From: the human T2T-CHM13v2.0 reference genome, Homo sapiens
Reading direction: 5' to 3' (one strand)
DNA length: 64,000 bases
NCBI RefSeq assembly: GCF_009914755.1
Contig: NC_060928.1
Shown here: in pieces, positions 41,332-54,951 of the stretch
Layout: every line of letters starts with the position of its first letter
Position numbering within the stretch: the first letter of the stretch is position 1
The notes under the pieces: model-generated
Database searches by the model: none
What the model was told of the DNA's origin: nothing
What the model saw: only the letters and a program-made list of their open reading frames with translations
Position numbers and translations under genes: made by a program

Positions 41332-41523
41332 AGTTCCAAGATTACTCAGCAAGTTATAAAAGTTATTAGAACTTCGGTCTATGGGATAATTTTCATAAAT
41401 TGTTAAAAACTAGTATCAAGATATCTCAGTTCCAAGACTACTCAGCAAGTTATAGAAGTTATTAGAATTTCAGTCTCTGGAATAATTTTCATAAATTATT
41501 AAAAACTAGTGTCAAGATATCTC
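41332..41523. repeat. 96-bp tandem duplication, 2 copies
   Basis: AGTTCCAAGA...CAAGATATCTC at 41332-41427 and 41428-41523, about 8 substitutions. Confidence 0.95.
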
Positions 41524-42311
41524 CCTTAAACATCCCACTAAGGAATGCTTTAAAAATGAACCAGTGCTGGATACTAGCAACTCCCAAGAGTCCCTCTGCG
41601 GCTGATTCTGTTGCTGCACACTGAATCTGCCCTGCCCTGTGCTCTGGGAAACCGACTTTTCATCAACTGCTTCTTCAAGGCTCCCTTGCCTCTTGCTTCT
41701 GGTTGAGGTTGGCCAAGTGGAACCACTGATGAGAGAGAAGATGATGTGTGTTTAGCCTCCTCCCTGCTTCCTTCTGCCTTGTGATTCTGGGGTGGCTGCA
41801 TCCCTCCCTGGCCACAGGTGTCACGGGTTCTGATGAAACCCCTTCCCTCCCTTGCCCACGCAAGGCTAGTCATGATTTCATCCTGTCCCTAGTCCTTGGA
41901 GACTATATCATCCCTGTGGATACCTAACCGAACTCTGCCCATGCGTTTGTAAATAGCTCCTTTATTTGACTCTTTATTCAGACCCTTTAAGTACTCTGTC
42001 TTTCTGTCCAAACTCTTACACAGTCCTTAAATTCAGTGCCATTTGGTTCCACTTCTCTAATGTAAATCAAAATTAAATACTTGAACTCAAATCTTGTCTC
42101 AATTTTAAATTTGCTTGTTATTATAAAGAGTGATGTGCTGATAAATGCTTCACAACTGACCTTTCGGGTAAAGGGAAGCTCCATTTACAGTATTTCCTAG
42201 TTTTTGTGTTGTATATACTCCCATTATGGCTGAATACAACCCATTAGCATAATTTCACTGAATGTGGAGTTGGGAAGAGATGCACAGTAGTACCACTTTA
42301 TGCACTATTTT

Positions 42312-42809
<498 letters not shown>

Positions 42810-42877
42810 TTATGCCCTATTTTCACCACATGGATGCAATAAACACAACCTGGAAAGCATCACTAATAATAAAATGT

Positions 42878-44664
42878 CCTCTCCCCCTCCCCCTCCCCCT
42901 CCCTCTCCCCACGGTCTCCCTCTCCCTCTCTTTCCACGGTCTCCCTCTGATGCCGAGCCGAAGCTGGACTGTACTGCTACCATCTCGGCTCACTGCAACC
43001 TCCCTGCCTGATTCTCCTGCCTCAGCCTGCCGAGTGCCTGCGATTGCAGGCGCGCGCCACCACGCCTGACTAGTTTTCTTATTTTTTTGGTGGAGACGGG
43101 GTTTCGCTGTGTTGGCCGGGCTAGTCTCCAGCTCCTAACCGCAAGTGATCCGCCAGCCTCGGCCTCCCGAGGTGCGGGGATTGCAGACGGTGTCTGGTTC
43201 ACTCAGTGCTCAATGGTGCCCAGGCTGGAGTGCAGTGGCGTGATCTCGGCTCGCTACAACCTCCACCTCCCAGCCGCCTGCCTTGGCCTCCCAAAGTGCC
43301 GAGATTACAGCCTCTGCCCGGCCGCCACCCCGTCTGGGAAGTGAGGAGCGTCTCTGCCTGGCCGCCCATCGTCTGGGATGTGAGGAGCCCCTCTGCCTGG
43401 CTGCCCAGTCTGGAAAGTGAGGAGTTTCTCTGCCCGGCCGCCATCCCATCTAGGAAGTGAGGAGCGCCTCTTCCGGGCCGCCATCCCGTCTAGGAAGTGA
43501 GGAGTCTCTGCCCGGCAGCCCATGGTCTGAGATGTGGGGAGCGCCTCTGCCCTGCCGCCCCGTTTGGGATGTGAGGAGCGTCTTTGCCCGGCCGCCCCGT
43601 CTGAGAAGTGAGGAGACCCTCTGCCTGGCAACCGCCCCGTCTGAGCAGTGAGGAGCCCCTCCGCCCGGCAGCCGCCCTGTCTGAGAAGTGAGGACCCCCT
43701 CTGCCCGGCAGCCACCCCGTCTGGGAAGTGAGGAGCGTCTCCGCCCGGCAGCCACCCCGTCCGGGAGGGAGGTGGGGGGTCAGCCCCCACCAGGCCAGCC
43801 ACCCCGTCCCGGAGGGAGGTGGGGGTCAGCCCCCCACCCGGCCAGCCGCCTCGTCTGGGAGGGAGGTGGGGGGTCAGCCCCCCGCCCGGCCAGCCGCCCC
43901 GTCCGGGAGGTGAGGGGTGCCTCTGCCCGGCCGCCCCTACTGGGAAGTGAGGAGCCCCTCTGCCCGGCCAGCCGCCCCATCTGGGAGGGAGGTGGGGGGG
44001 TCAGCCCCCTGCCCGGCCAGCCGCCCCGTCAGGGAGGTGAGGGGCGCCTCTGCCCGGCTGCCCTTACTGGGAAGTGAGGAGCCCCTCTGCCCAGCCACCA
44101 CCCTGTCTGGGAGGTGTACCCAACAGCTCATTGAGAACGGGCCATGATGACAATGGCGGTTTTGTGGAATAGAAAGGGGGGAAAGGTGGGGAAAGGATTG
44201 AGAAATCGGATGGTTGCCGTGTCTGTGTGGAAAGAAGTAGACATGGGAGACTTTTCATTTTGTTCTGTACTAAGAAAAATTCTTCTGTCTTGGGATCCTG
44301 TTGATCTGTGACCTTACCCCCAACCCTGTGCTCTCTGAAACATGTGCTGTGTCCACTCAGGTTTGAATGGATTAAGGGCGGTGCAAGATGTGCTTTGTTA
44401 AACAGAGGCTTGAAGGCAGCATGCTCCTTAAGAGTCATCACCACTCCCTAATCTCAAGTACCCAGGGACACAAACACTGCGGAAGGCCGCAGGGTCCTCT
44501 GCCTAGGAAAACCAGAGACCTTTGTTCACTTGTTTATCTGCTGACCTTCCCTCCACTATTGTCCTGTGACCCTGCCAAATCCCCCTCTGCGAGAAACACC
44601 CAAGAATGATCAATTAAAAAATAAATAAATAAATAAATAAATAAATAAAAAATAATAAAAAAAA
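42878..44664 (+). mobile_element. Full-length SVA retrotransposon (C/D-like): CCCTCT-type hexamers, antisense Alu-like region, GC-rich VNTR, SINE-R, A-rich tail
   Basis: All domains present in order; 14-bp TSD TAATAATAAAATGT at 42864-42877 and 44665-44678. Confidence 0.97.
43310..44112 (+). repeat. SVA VNTR (~35-50 bp GC-rich units)
   Basis: Repeats of CCTCTGCCCGGCCGCCCCGTCTGGGAAGTGAGGAGC and GGGAGGGAGGTGGGGGGTCAGCCCC. Confidence 0.95.
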
Positions 44665-45984
44665 TAATAATAAAATGTGAAATAATTAGGAAGTGGTTAA
44701 TTTTGAGTACCTATTACCTTTGCTTTTAACGTAATTTATTCAATTGTATTTATTTAACTTGTAATAATGTCTACATTAATACTGGCTGTGAAATAACTGA
44801 AAATTCAGGAACTGGCTTTCACATGCTGGTATAACCCAGCTCCAACACATCACTGTAACAGCAGCTATGTATTCAACAGCCACAATCACGTAGTCGGTCT
44901 TTCCTTCACATTTTACCATATGTTCTAAATATATCTCAATAACTTTGCTTTAAAAATTTGTATTTGGCTGTTAAATTGTTCTTTTGATCAGGATGCTATA
45001 GGAAAATTCCCTTTTTACTAACCTGTAAAGTTCTGTGTATTCAGAATAATGAAACTTTTATTAAATAACCTTTTCTGAATTCTTTTTCTGGATAACCATA
45101 AACCTGGATTCTAACAGCATCCTCTAATATTTCCTTCCAAGAAAACTCATCCTTTGGGGAAAAAATAGTTTTATAATATGCCATAGCATGTTTCTAATAT
45201 AAATGGTGGTAATTGGGCTGTTGATACAACTAGAAAAACTCAAAAAATGATAAAAGTGCATTTGTTAAAGTTACCATCAGGAAATCAAAGAAGTTAAATC
45301 CTGAATGGTTTAAACAATTAAAATAAAGCCTACATGTAAAACATCACCTGTTACTCATTTTCTTCTGGCTATAAATCTAGCCCTATGACTTCCTAGTTGC
45401 CTGGAATACAACTCGTAGAACTTACTGAGTCCCTCTGAGCCTGTGTCTGTATCTGCAAAATAGAGGCAATCATACCTAATTTACAGCTAGTTGGTAAGCA
45501 TGACATAGATCACGTACGTCAAGTGCATTACCCAGTGTCTGGCACAAATAATAATAAATATTTTCCCCCATTTCATGCTAATCTCAGAATTTTTTGAGGT
45601 AACATGGGATTTAACAGTTTATTGTGGTGAAGTCTGAATGGGAGTCAGGAATTACTATGCAGAACAGAATGCAGAACACCATCCTATCTTCTCTCTTGCA
45701 GAAAGCCCATCACTTCGGATTTGTAGATCTGAGAGGGCTCCCAGGGCACTGGCCTTTTAAGCATGACCACTTCTGCCTTCTCCGTTGTAGCTCCTCTTAA
45801 ACCAGTGGTTCTCAAACTTTAGGATGCATCAGAATCACTTGATGGCGCAGGGTTTCAGGGAATTTGCATTTCTAATGAGTTTCTAGGTCCCAGGACTCAG
45901 CCTTAAGGACCAAGACTGTAATCTCTTCAACTCACACTCAAGCAGCTCCAGCCATGCTTATCCTCTAAAAATCCTCTGTGCTCC

Positions 45985-46345
45985 ACCTGTTCACCCTACC
46001 TCCTCTCAACTCCTAGAAACCAGTGATTTTTTTTACTGTCTCCGTAGTGTTGCCTTTTCTGGAATGTCATATAGTTGGAATCATAGTGTGTAGCATTTTC
46101 AAATGGGCTTCTTTCTCTTAATAATATGCATTTAAGTTTCTTCCATGTGTTTTTATAGCTTGATAGCTAATTTCTTTTCAGTGCTGAATAAAATTCTATT
46201 GTATAGATGTATCACAGTTTATTTATCCATTCACCTACGAATTACATCTTGGTTGCTTCCGACTTTTGATACTTAGGAGTAAAGCTACTATAAACATCCA
46301 TGTGCAGGTGTTTGTGGAGGTAAGTTTTCAAATCCTTCGGGTGAA
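45985..46345 (-). mobile_element. Old L1M 3' fragment
   Basis: GCCTTTTCTGGAATGTCATATAGTTGGAATCATA...CATCTTGGTTGCTTCC motifs. Confidence 0.75.
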
Positions 46346-46872
46346 TACATAAGGGGCCCAGTGATGACTGAGTGCAAGCAATACTTTTTACTTACGTGGT
46401 CTCGGATAAATCACTTCACTTTTCTAAGCCTCAGTTTTCTCTTCTGCAAATTGTGATAAAAATAGCACCTCCTAGAGTTCCCTTGAAGATAAAAGAGGTA
46501 AGGTATTCAAGCACTTCAATGCCTGATACTCAATACATGGTAACTTTTTCTACATCCTTCAGCACACAACTGCTCATAATTCCCTCATACGAGTAGGGCT
46601 TTAACCTTTTAGCCTCGATGATTTGTTTTGCTCTTCCAAATGCCTAGAATGCCCTTCCAGGTTACCGTCTCCCTGAGCCTTTGGTTGGAATCCTCATACC
46701 AGAGGGTCAACACGTTTAGTAGAGGAATTACTGAAATAGTTGGGTTCCAAACACTAGCTCTGGCATTTACCTTCTGTGTAAATTGGCTGAAGTTACCCAA
46801 CGTCTCTGTATCTCAATTTCCTCATCTATAAAATGGGGATAATAGTATCTACCTCATAGAGTTGTTGTCGGA

Positions 46873-46917
46873 GCCATTTTAATGGCAAAAACCGCAATTA
46901 CTTTTGCACCAACCTAA
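46873..46917. mobile_element. Partial MADE1 (Hsmar1-derived MITE) with one intact terminal inverted repeat, inserted into a MIR
   Basis: TAATGGCAAAAACCGCAATTACTTTTGCACCAACCTAA followed by TA; MIR sequence on both sides (~46740-46995). Confidence 0.93.
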
Positions 46918-47119
46918 TAAATCCGCGCATATTCTTAAAGAAGTTAGAACAGTGCCTGGTACAAAGTAAATGCCAGATCAATGTTATTAATGTTAGGTGT
47001 CCGCCACCTATGCCACGCAGTGAGTTCCTTAGGTATAGGGACAGTCTAATCTCCGAATCCACACTGCCTAGAACAAAATAAGCATTGCAGTACATTTGAG
47101 AAAGTAAAGGTGTAGTGGA

Positions 47120-47770
47120 AACCGAGAGCGAAATGAGGGCGTAGGGAGAAAAGGGTGGGGAAGCTTAGAGACCGGTGAGGGAGCAGAGCTGGGGCGCCTG
47201 TGTACAGGGATAGAGCCCGGCGGCAGCAGGGCGCGGCTTCCCTTTCCCGGGGCCTGGGGCCGCAATCAGGTGGAGTCGAGAGGCCGGAGGAGGGGCAGGA
47301 GGAAGGGGTGCGGTCGCGATCCGGACCCGGAGCCAGCGCGGAGCACCTGCGCCCGCGGCTGACACCTTCGCTCGCAGTTTGTTCGCAGTTTACTCGCACA
47401 CCAGTTTCCCCCACCGCGCTTTGGGTAAGTTCAGCCTCCCGGCGCGTCCCCGCGAGCCTCGCCCACCGCCGCCTGCTGACGGGTGGCTTGGGGAGGTCGC
47501 GGCGCCTCGCCCAGTTCCCCCGCGAGTGCAGCTCGACCCTGGGCAGGGCTGGCGGCTGGCGCCCGCGCCCGGCCCCAACCCAGCTGCGTGGGTGGGGAGG
47601 TGGAGGGACCTCAGTCCTGCATTTCAGAGTCGAGGAGACTGGGCCCACGGGGGGGAAAGTGCCGTGCCATGGGTGGGTCACCCAGGTCTTGGTGGGGCCC
47701 AAGCTGATACTCAGCTGTCCTCGCTCCCTGAAAGCTTCGCTTATTACAGCTAGCAGCGTAAGGGATCCAC
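47120..47770 (+). promoter_or_regulatory. ANXA3: CpG-island, TATA-less promoter of ANXA3
   Basis: Sharp rise in GC and CpG outside any repeat, spanning a perfect donor TGG|gtaagt. Confidence 0.9.
47330..47424 (+). other. ANXA3: ANXA3 non-coding exon 1 (start approximate)
   Basis: Ends CCACCGCGCTTTGG|gtaagt; the next acceptor is at 50000. Confidence 0.8.
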
Positions 47771-50038
47771 TTAGCCATCTCGGCCTCCCCAGTCCTAAAG
47801 GTCTAGGGGACAGAAAAAAGCTGGGAGTCGGAAGGTTCCTCGGGTCCCCGGCATGGCAGACGGGGCTGGCTCAGAGGTCTGCTCTGTGGACTTGGAATCG
47901 CACCCATCCTGTGAGCATCTTCTCCCCCTCACATAGGCAATTTATTTTATTTTACTTATTTTTTTTAGAAGGTAGAAAACAGTGGATTTGCATATTGAGG
48001 GTTGGAAGTTCAAGAAGTTTGCTTTTTCCTGAAAAGACTAACCGTTTTCTTTGCAACAGAATCCTATTGACTAGATATGAATCATTCCCTTGGTATTTGA
48101 GTCACCAGGTGGAAGATTTGGATACTTGATTGCAGATGACCATATATAGGAAAGTATGCAGGTGCTGGGAGGTTCTGGGTCGCTGGAGGCCCCTCTGGCT
48201 ACTGATACGAAATTGCATAGCCCAGGCCGAATTCTTTCCAAGGATTTGTGTTCAGCACTGACAGCAAGACCCTGCCCTCCGGGAAAGATACATTTACTAT
48301 GTTCACCAACATCATTTTTTAAAATGTAACTAATTAAAACGTTACTCCATGAAGATACCACCTTTGGTTTTCACGAAGACGGAAAACTTCAGACTGACCA
48401 GAAAGGGAATTTTTAAATGTAAAGAAAACCAGAATCTTGTTCCCAGAACTATGTGGTTGTGTAGAGAAACCTGTTTAGAAATAACCGTAGAGGAGGAAGT
48501 AAAAGGAAATGATGTAATCCCTTTCAGGAAAGGATATATTGAAATTCTGTTTAAGTCATTTGGCCTTCGCTGTGGAGTAATTCTTTACATCTTAAAAGTT
48601 AAATGATAGATTAGTAATAATTCTTAATAATTTTCCAGTTCTGCTGGATCAATGCATATTAAGTGTCAGATTTGGTCAGGTGTGGGCCAGGCAGCAGATT
48701 AAGGCAGAAGCATGGGGGTTAGGTTCATACCTTTAGAGTCTAGCTGCCTAGATGCAGTAGGGGTCCACTCACTAGCTGTGTGACTGTGGGACATTACCAT
48801 ACCTCTCTGGGCTCCAGCTTCTTCATATGCAAAACGAAGATGTAATACCTAACTCACTGGATGATTGTGCGGCTTGTATTAAATCATTCATTTAATCAAT
48901 AAGTTTTTTTTTTAAATATCTACCGTGCACCAGTGCACACAGATAAGAAGAATCTCCAGCCCTGTGAAACTGACCTCGTTCAATGCTGGCAACACCCCCT
49001 TCTTCACTTTTTACAGATGAGGAAATTGAGGCCCAAAGAAATTGTGTTTAGCTTTAAGAGGCAAAATGAGAACCAATAATGCCTTGTTTTCACTGTACAG
49101 ATGGTTTGACTTCTGATTTTTAGACTTCAGAATAGTTTATCTGGCTGTAACCCCTCATAAGTCAAAGAGCATGTATTTAGAGAGATGCAGTATTAGACTC
49201 TAACTGGAGAGTTGACTGCCCTAGGCTACGGAGAGCCTGAAAAAACCAAGGTGAAATATTTCCAGAGACTAATAGTGTAATTTCCCATTGAACTTTGCTC
49301 TGGGGGTGTCAGGGAATTTTTAGAATATTTTGTTCCCAGGAAGGGTGGGAGCAACTTGCATTTCTAAATCAACCCTGGAGATATGCCAGCATGTTTGAAT
49401 AATATCTATTTAAGAAAAATGTGTCTGGCTTCCCAATCAAAGAACTGTGCCTTTCACCTCTGCACCCCACCAAGGACTGGACCACCTCCTCAAAGAGCAG
49501 ATGTGTCTTTATAACAGACTGTAGGCTTGGAGCCTTGTAAAATGTACATGGAGTTTCACAATCAAGCACAAGGAATCCAACTGAAGGCAGCTAAACTTTG
49601 TGTTGATTTGGTGAGGAGGAGTAAAATCCTGTGTTTTTGTTGTTATTGATCCCCGTAGTGGTAGCCTGTCAGTAATCAGCAGAGTTCTCCTGGACTTTAA
49701 ATAAGTCAAAAATTGGCTTTTCAGGAAGTATATTTGTAAGCATCTTAAGTACAAAGATTTTTTTCTGTCTCTTGTCTTGAAGTCCTCACAGGTCTAGCAC
49801 AGTCCCTTGCATATGGTAGATGCTCAGTAAATGTTTGTTTAGCAAATGGGATACCCAATGTCAGATATATGCTCTTCCTGAGAAGGTTTTTCTGTGAATG
49901 TTGACATCTGTTTTCTGGATTCAAGATTAAGGGTTGGACTAAGATTATTGTGTTCTGAATCACATATTGATACCATTTACTAATTGTTTTCTTTTAATAG
50001 ATTAGTGTGATCTCAGCTCAAGGCAAAGGTGGGATATC

Positions 50039-50053
50039 ATGGCATCTATCTGG
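50039..50053 (+). CDS. ANXA3: ANXA3 first coding segment MASIW, within exon 2 (50001-50053)
   Basis: ttttaatag|ATTAGTG acceptor; Kozak atcATGG; TGG|gtaagt donor. MASIW is the annexin A3 N-terminus and ANXA3 is the known downstream neighbour of FRAS1. Confidence 0.92.
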
Positions 50054-50430
50054 GTAAGTAAAAATTAAGCCTTCACAACACAGTAACATATATGAGTCAA
50101 ACCAAAACACAGAAGGTCAAGATAGCAAGGAAAATTTTAGGAAAGTTTTTAAGTTTATCTGGCAAAATTAACATGCTAGAAAAGCCAGAGGATGTCAAAA
50201 ATAATAAAATATTTTTAAAAATGCATTGTAAAGTTACATAGTTAAAATAACTTATGATGACACCAAGGCGGAAAGGTCAAAATCAGATAATAAATTTAGT
50301 ATATAATTTGGGAATTTATTATATGAAAAAGATGACATATCAGAGAAGAAGAGACGGATTATTCAATAAATGTTAGGAAAACTTCTAGCTGTTTGGGGAA
50401 AAAGTAAATCTGTATTCCTTTTTCTCCTTA

Positions 50431-50835
<405 letters not shown>

Positions 50836-51121
50836 TTACAACTGTGACACAAAACCAAACGCCTAAAAGAAAAATATTGATCTATTTTAACTACATACAA
50901 GTTTATCACTATGACAGCCAACAATCCCATTGGTAGAGGCAGAAGACAGCTCGCAGGGAAAAAATATTTGCAGCACATTAGACAAAAGACTTATTTCCTT
51001 AACATACAAATAACTTGAATAAATTGGTTTAAAAAATGAACTTGACAGAAAAAGTTGTAAGGGACATAAACAGGACATAAAAAGAATTATAAATGTCCAA
51101 TAACATCAGAAGGTGCTACAA

Positions 51122-51430
<309 letters not shown>

Positions 51431-52472
51431 CTCCTGCATCTCAGAATTGAAAAAAACATAAATATCATGATGAGAAACACTTTTCTACTTAAGAGATTGG
51501 TGAAGGTTAAAAAAAAAAAGTAATGTAGAGGATGTGGCAAGGTGATATTTTTATTCTCTGTTCATGGGAGAGTAAATTTGGTACACTTTTGGATAGTATT
51601 TTGGCAATATCTCTCAGTCCTTAAATGCACATGTCCTTTAAACCCAGTAATTCCACTTGTGGGTATGTATCTTATAGATAAACTTGCATAAGGTTGAAAA
51701 AATAGGGGCCCAAGTACATTTGTTTGTATTAATGAAAACAAACATGCAGACAGCATAAATGTCCATCGATAGGGTAGGAATAAGTAAATTACTCATTTAT
51801 AACTTACAGGCATTTTTATGTGATCATTAAAATGAATGGGAAAAAAGTGGATCAGCTGTATGTGAATTGACATTAAAAAAGTCCCAAGATGTAATAATTT
51901 AAAAAATCAACTTATAGAGTAATATGTACAGAGGGATTCTGTTTAAAAGAAAGAACAAAGAAAATAAAAAATTTACGGAAAGACTATTACATCAAAACTT
52001 TGTGGAAAGGTGGAATTGTGAGAAAGGAATTTTACTTTTCAATATATCACCTTCTGTACTGTTTGATTTTTTTTTTTAATCATGAGCATACATTATATTT
52101 TATAAGTAAGGTGGAGGGCAAGTTTAAAGAAAAGCCTGTGCAGAGATGTGACCATCCCTTGGCCTGGCGTATGGATGGAAGGTGTGCTGTTGGAAGGCTT
52201 TGTTTGGCCCAAGTTACTCCCTTCTCACTGGCTAGGAGGCTAAACTCTCATCTTTCATCTGAAATCCCTGCTGCTTTTATGAACATATCATAGAATCAGA
52301 TGAAAAAAGCATCTCTCCAAAATGCTGGTGTTAAAAAAAAAAGTCGCCCTCTGGCCCTCGCCCATGAGTAAATTAACATGGAATTATTTGGGCAGGCTCT
52401 CCTGCTGACACCTTCAAAGGCGTGGCACATTTCTGAAGGGCTAGGAGAGACCCAAGTGCGTGTGATCAAGGG

Positions 52473-53086
52473 TGTATTCATTTCCTATTGCACTATGACA
52501 AATTATCATAAATTTAGCAATTTAAAACAACATCCATTTATTATCTCACAGTTCTATATGTTAGAAGCCTGAAATGGGTCACACAGCACTAAAATGAAGG
52601 TGTTGTTGGGACTGCATTCCTTTCTGGAGACTTTGGGAAGAATCCTCTTCCAAGCCCTTTTAGGTTGTTGGTAGAATTTAGTTCCTTGTAGTTGTCGAAT
52701 TGAGTTCTTAGTGCTTGCTGGCTGCCAGCAGAAGCTGTCTTTGGCTCCTGGAGGTCTCTGCCTGTCCTTGTATGTGGCCCCTGCATCTCAGAACCAGCAA
52801 TGATGCATCAAATCTTTCTTATGCTTGGAATCTCTTTGGCTTTTCTTTCTGGGGGATCTCTTTTCTGCCATTCTCTTCTCCCTCCAGCTGAAGACATTTC
52901 TCTGCTTTTAAGGGTGCGTGTGATTAAATTGGGCCCACCTGGATAACACGGGCTAATCCCTGTGTTTTAAGGTCTGGAACCTTAATTATGTTTGCAAAGT
53001 CTCTTTCATCATGAAACACAATACATTGACAATTCCCAAGGATTATGGTGTATACATTTTAGGAGGCTGTTGTTCTGCCTACCACA
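52473..53086 (-). mobile_element. MLT1-type MaLR LTR
   Basis: TGTATTCATTTCCTATTGC...TTTATTATCTCACAGTTCT...TTCTGCCTACCACA. Confidence 0.8.
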
Positions 53087-53354
53087 GGGGCTAGGAGTAT
53101 GGCTACATCAGGGATGGTAGCATTTGGCATCAGATAGCAGGAAAGAGGTGGGGAGGGGCCAAAAACAGGAGGCTAACCTGAGCCTGGAGGGCAAACCCAC
53201 ACGTGGAGAAAGAGGCCCTAGCCAAAGAAGGGCTCCTACTGTCTCTGGGTTTTTCTTTCTTTTTTTTTTTTTTCCTGTTTACCTCCTCTCCCTCAATTAA
53301 AGAACTAATACTTATGAGTGGCTCAGAGAGCAAACATTAGGAACAACTCAGAAC

Positions 53355-53935
53355 TGCTATGGAAAACAAGATAGCAATTCTCCAAAAAATTAAAACTAGA
53401 ACTACCACATGCTCCAGCAATCCCATTTCTGGGTATATATCCAAAGGAAATGAAAGCAGGATCTTAAAGAAAGGTATCTATACACCCATGTTCACTGCAG
53501 TACTTTTTACAATAGCCAAGAGGTAGAAGCAGCCCAGTTTCCATTGACAGAAGAATGAATAAACAAAATGCGGTACACACACACAATGGAATATTATTCA
53601 GTCTTTTAAAAACACATGTTGTGTGAGAGGAAGAAAACCCTGTCACATGCTACTATGTGGGTGAGCCTTGAGCCCAGTATGTTAAGTGAAAAAGCCAGTC
53701 CCAAAGAGACAAAATACTGTATGATTTCATTGATAAGAGGTATCCAAAGCAGTCAAATTCATAGGAACAGAAGGAGACTGGTCGTTAGGAATGAATAAGG
53801 AAAGAGAAAAAGAGGAGTTGTTTAATGTGTAGAGTTTCAGTATTGAAAGATGAAAAAGTTCTGAAGATGTTTCAAAACAATGTGAATATTCTAACCACTA
53901 CTGAACTATACACTTAGAAATGGTTAAGATGGTAA
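53355..53935 (+). mobile_element. L1MA/MB 3' end
   Basis: CCAGCAATCCCATTTCTGGGTATATATCCAAAGG...ACTGAACTATACACTTAGAAATGGTTAAGATGG. Confidence 0.85.
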
Positions 53936-54639
53936 AAACCCTCAGATTTCCAATTGTAAACATTCTTATCACAAAGTTTTATGTGTTCTTTTTTTCTCTC
54001 TGCCACACAAAACCACATACACACTCAAACATAAATAAGCAATCAAGTCATTGCATTTCTACAAAACTGTATACGTGATTATGTGTATGATTAATTTATT
54101 ACAGTGGTATGATCAAGGGAGAAGTCATTAGTTGCAATTTCAACGCATTACCATTGAAGATGAAAGAATGGCTGGTTTCTTAGGTCTTTTATATTCTATC
54201 TAGGAGTGTTGCAACCCTACCATTGTTTCAGATGAATCAACAATCTATGTTGCATTAGTATTTCCTTTGTTTGCAAATTTTGAATATCTCTGTTCAGACA
54301 TATGTTCTACCACTTCACCCTTGATGAAAGGGCCTGATATCTTATTGGTTTGTACTCCTTGGACTTAGAGTCCCTTGTCATATGTTGCCTGTAGGTCCAC
54401 AGCAAGCACTCAGGAAGCCCACAAATTAGAATGTCTTAGAACGTGACTTTTTATTAAGCTACCACAGCAGTATTTTTTCTGCGTACCTTCTGTTATACAA
54501 TGCTGGCTTTCTTAGGTAAATACTCTGAGCTCTTTCCTCCTTGATCAATTCCTAACTTACATTTACAGAATAATAATAAATGTAATTCCTATTAGTTTGA
54601 ACTCTCAAATTAGAATTTTTATTATGGTACTAGAATTTT

Positions 54640-54951
<312 letters not shown>

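Noticed and set aside
42990-44609. Dense cluster of overlapping ORFs and a CRISPR-like periodic pattern
   Set aside because: Explained by the SVA Alu-like region, VNTR and SINE-R; there are no unique spacers and no cas genes.
46873-46917. miR-548-type hairpin from MADE1
   Set aside because: Only one TIR remains, so the long palindromic precursor cannot form.
47200-48129. 309-aa + strand ORF and overlapping 218-aa - strand ORF over the CpG island
   Set aside because: Stop-poor GC-rich DNA, low-complexity R/P/G/A composition and no recognisable domain; both run through the ANXA3 exon 1 donor.
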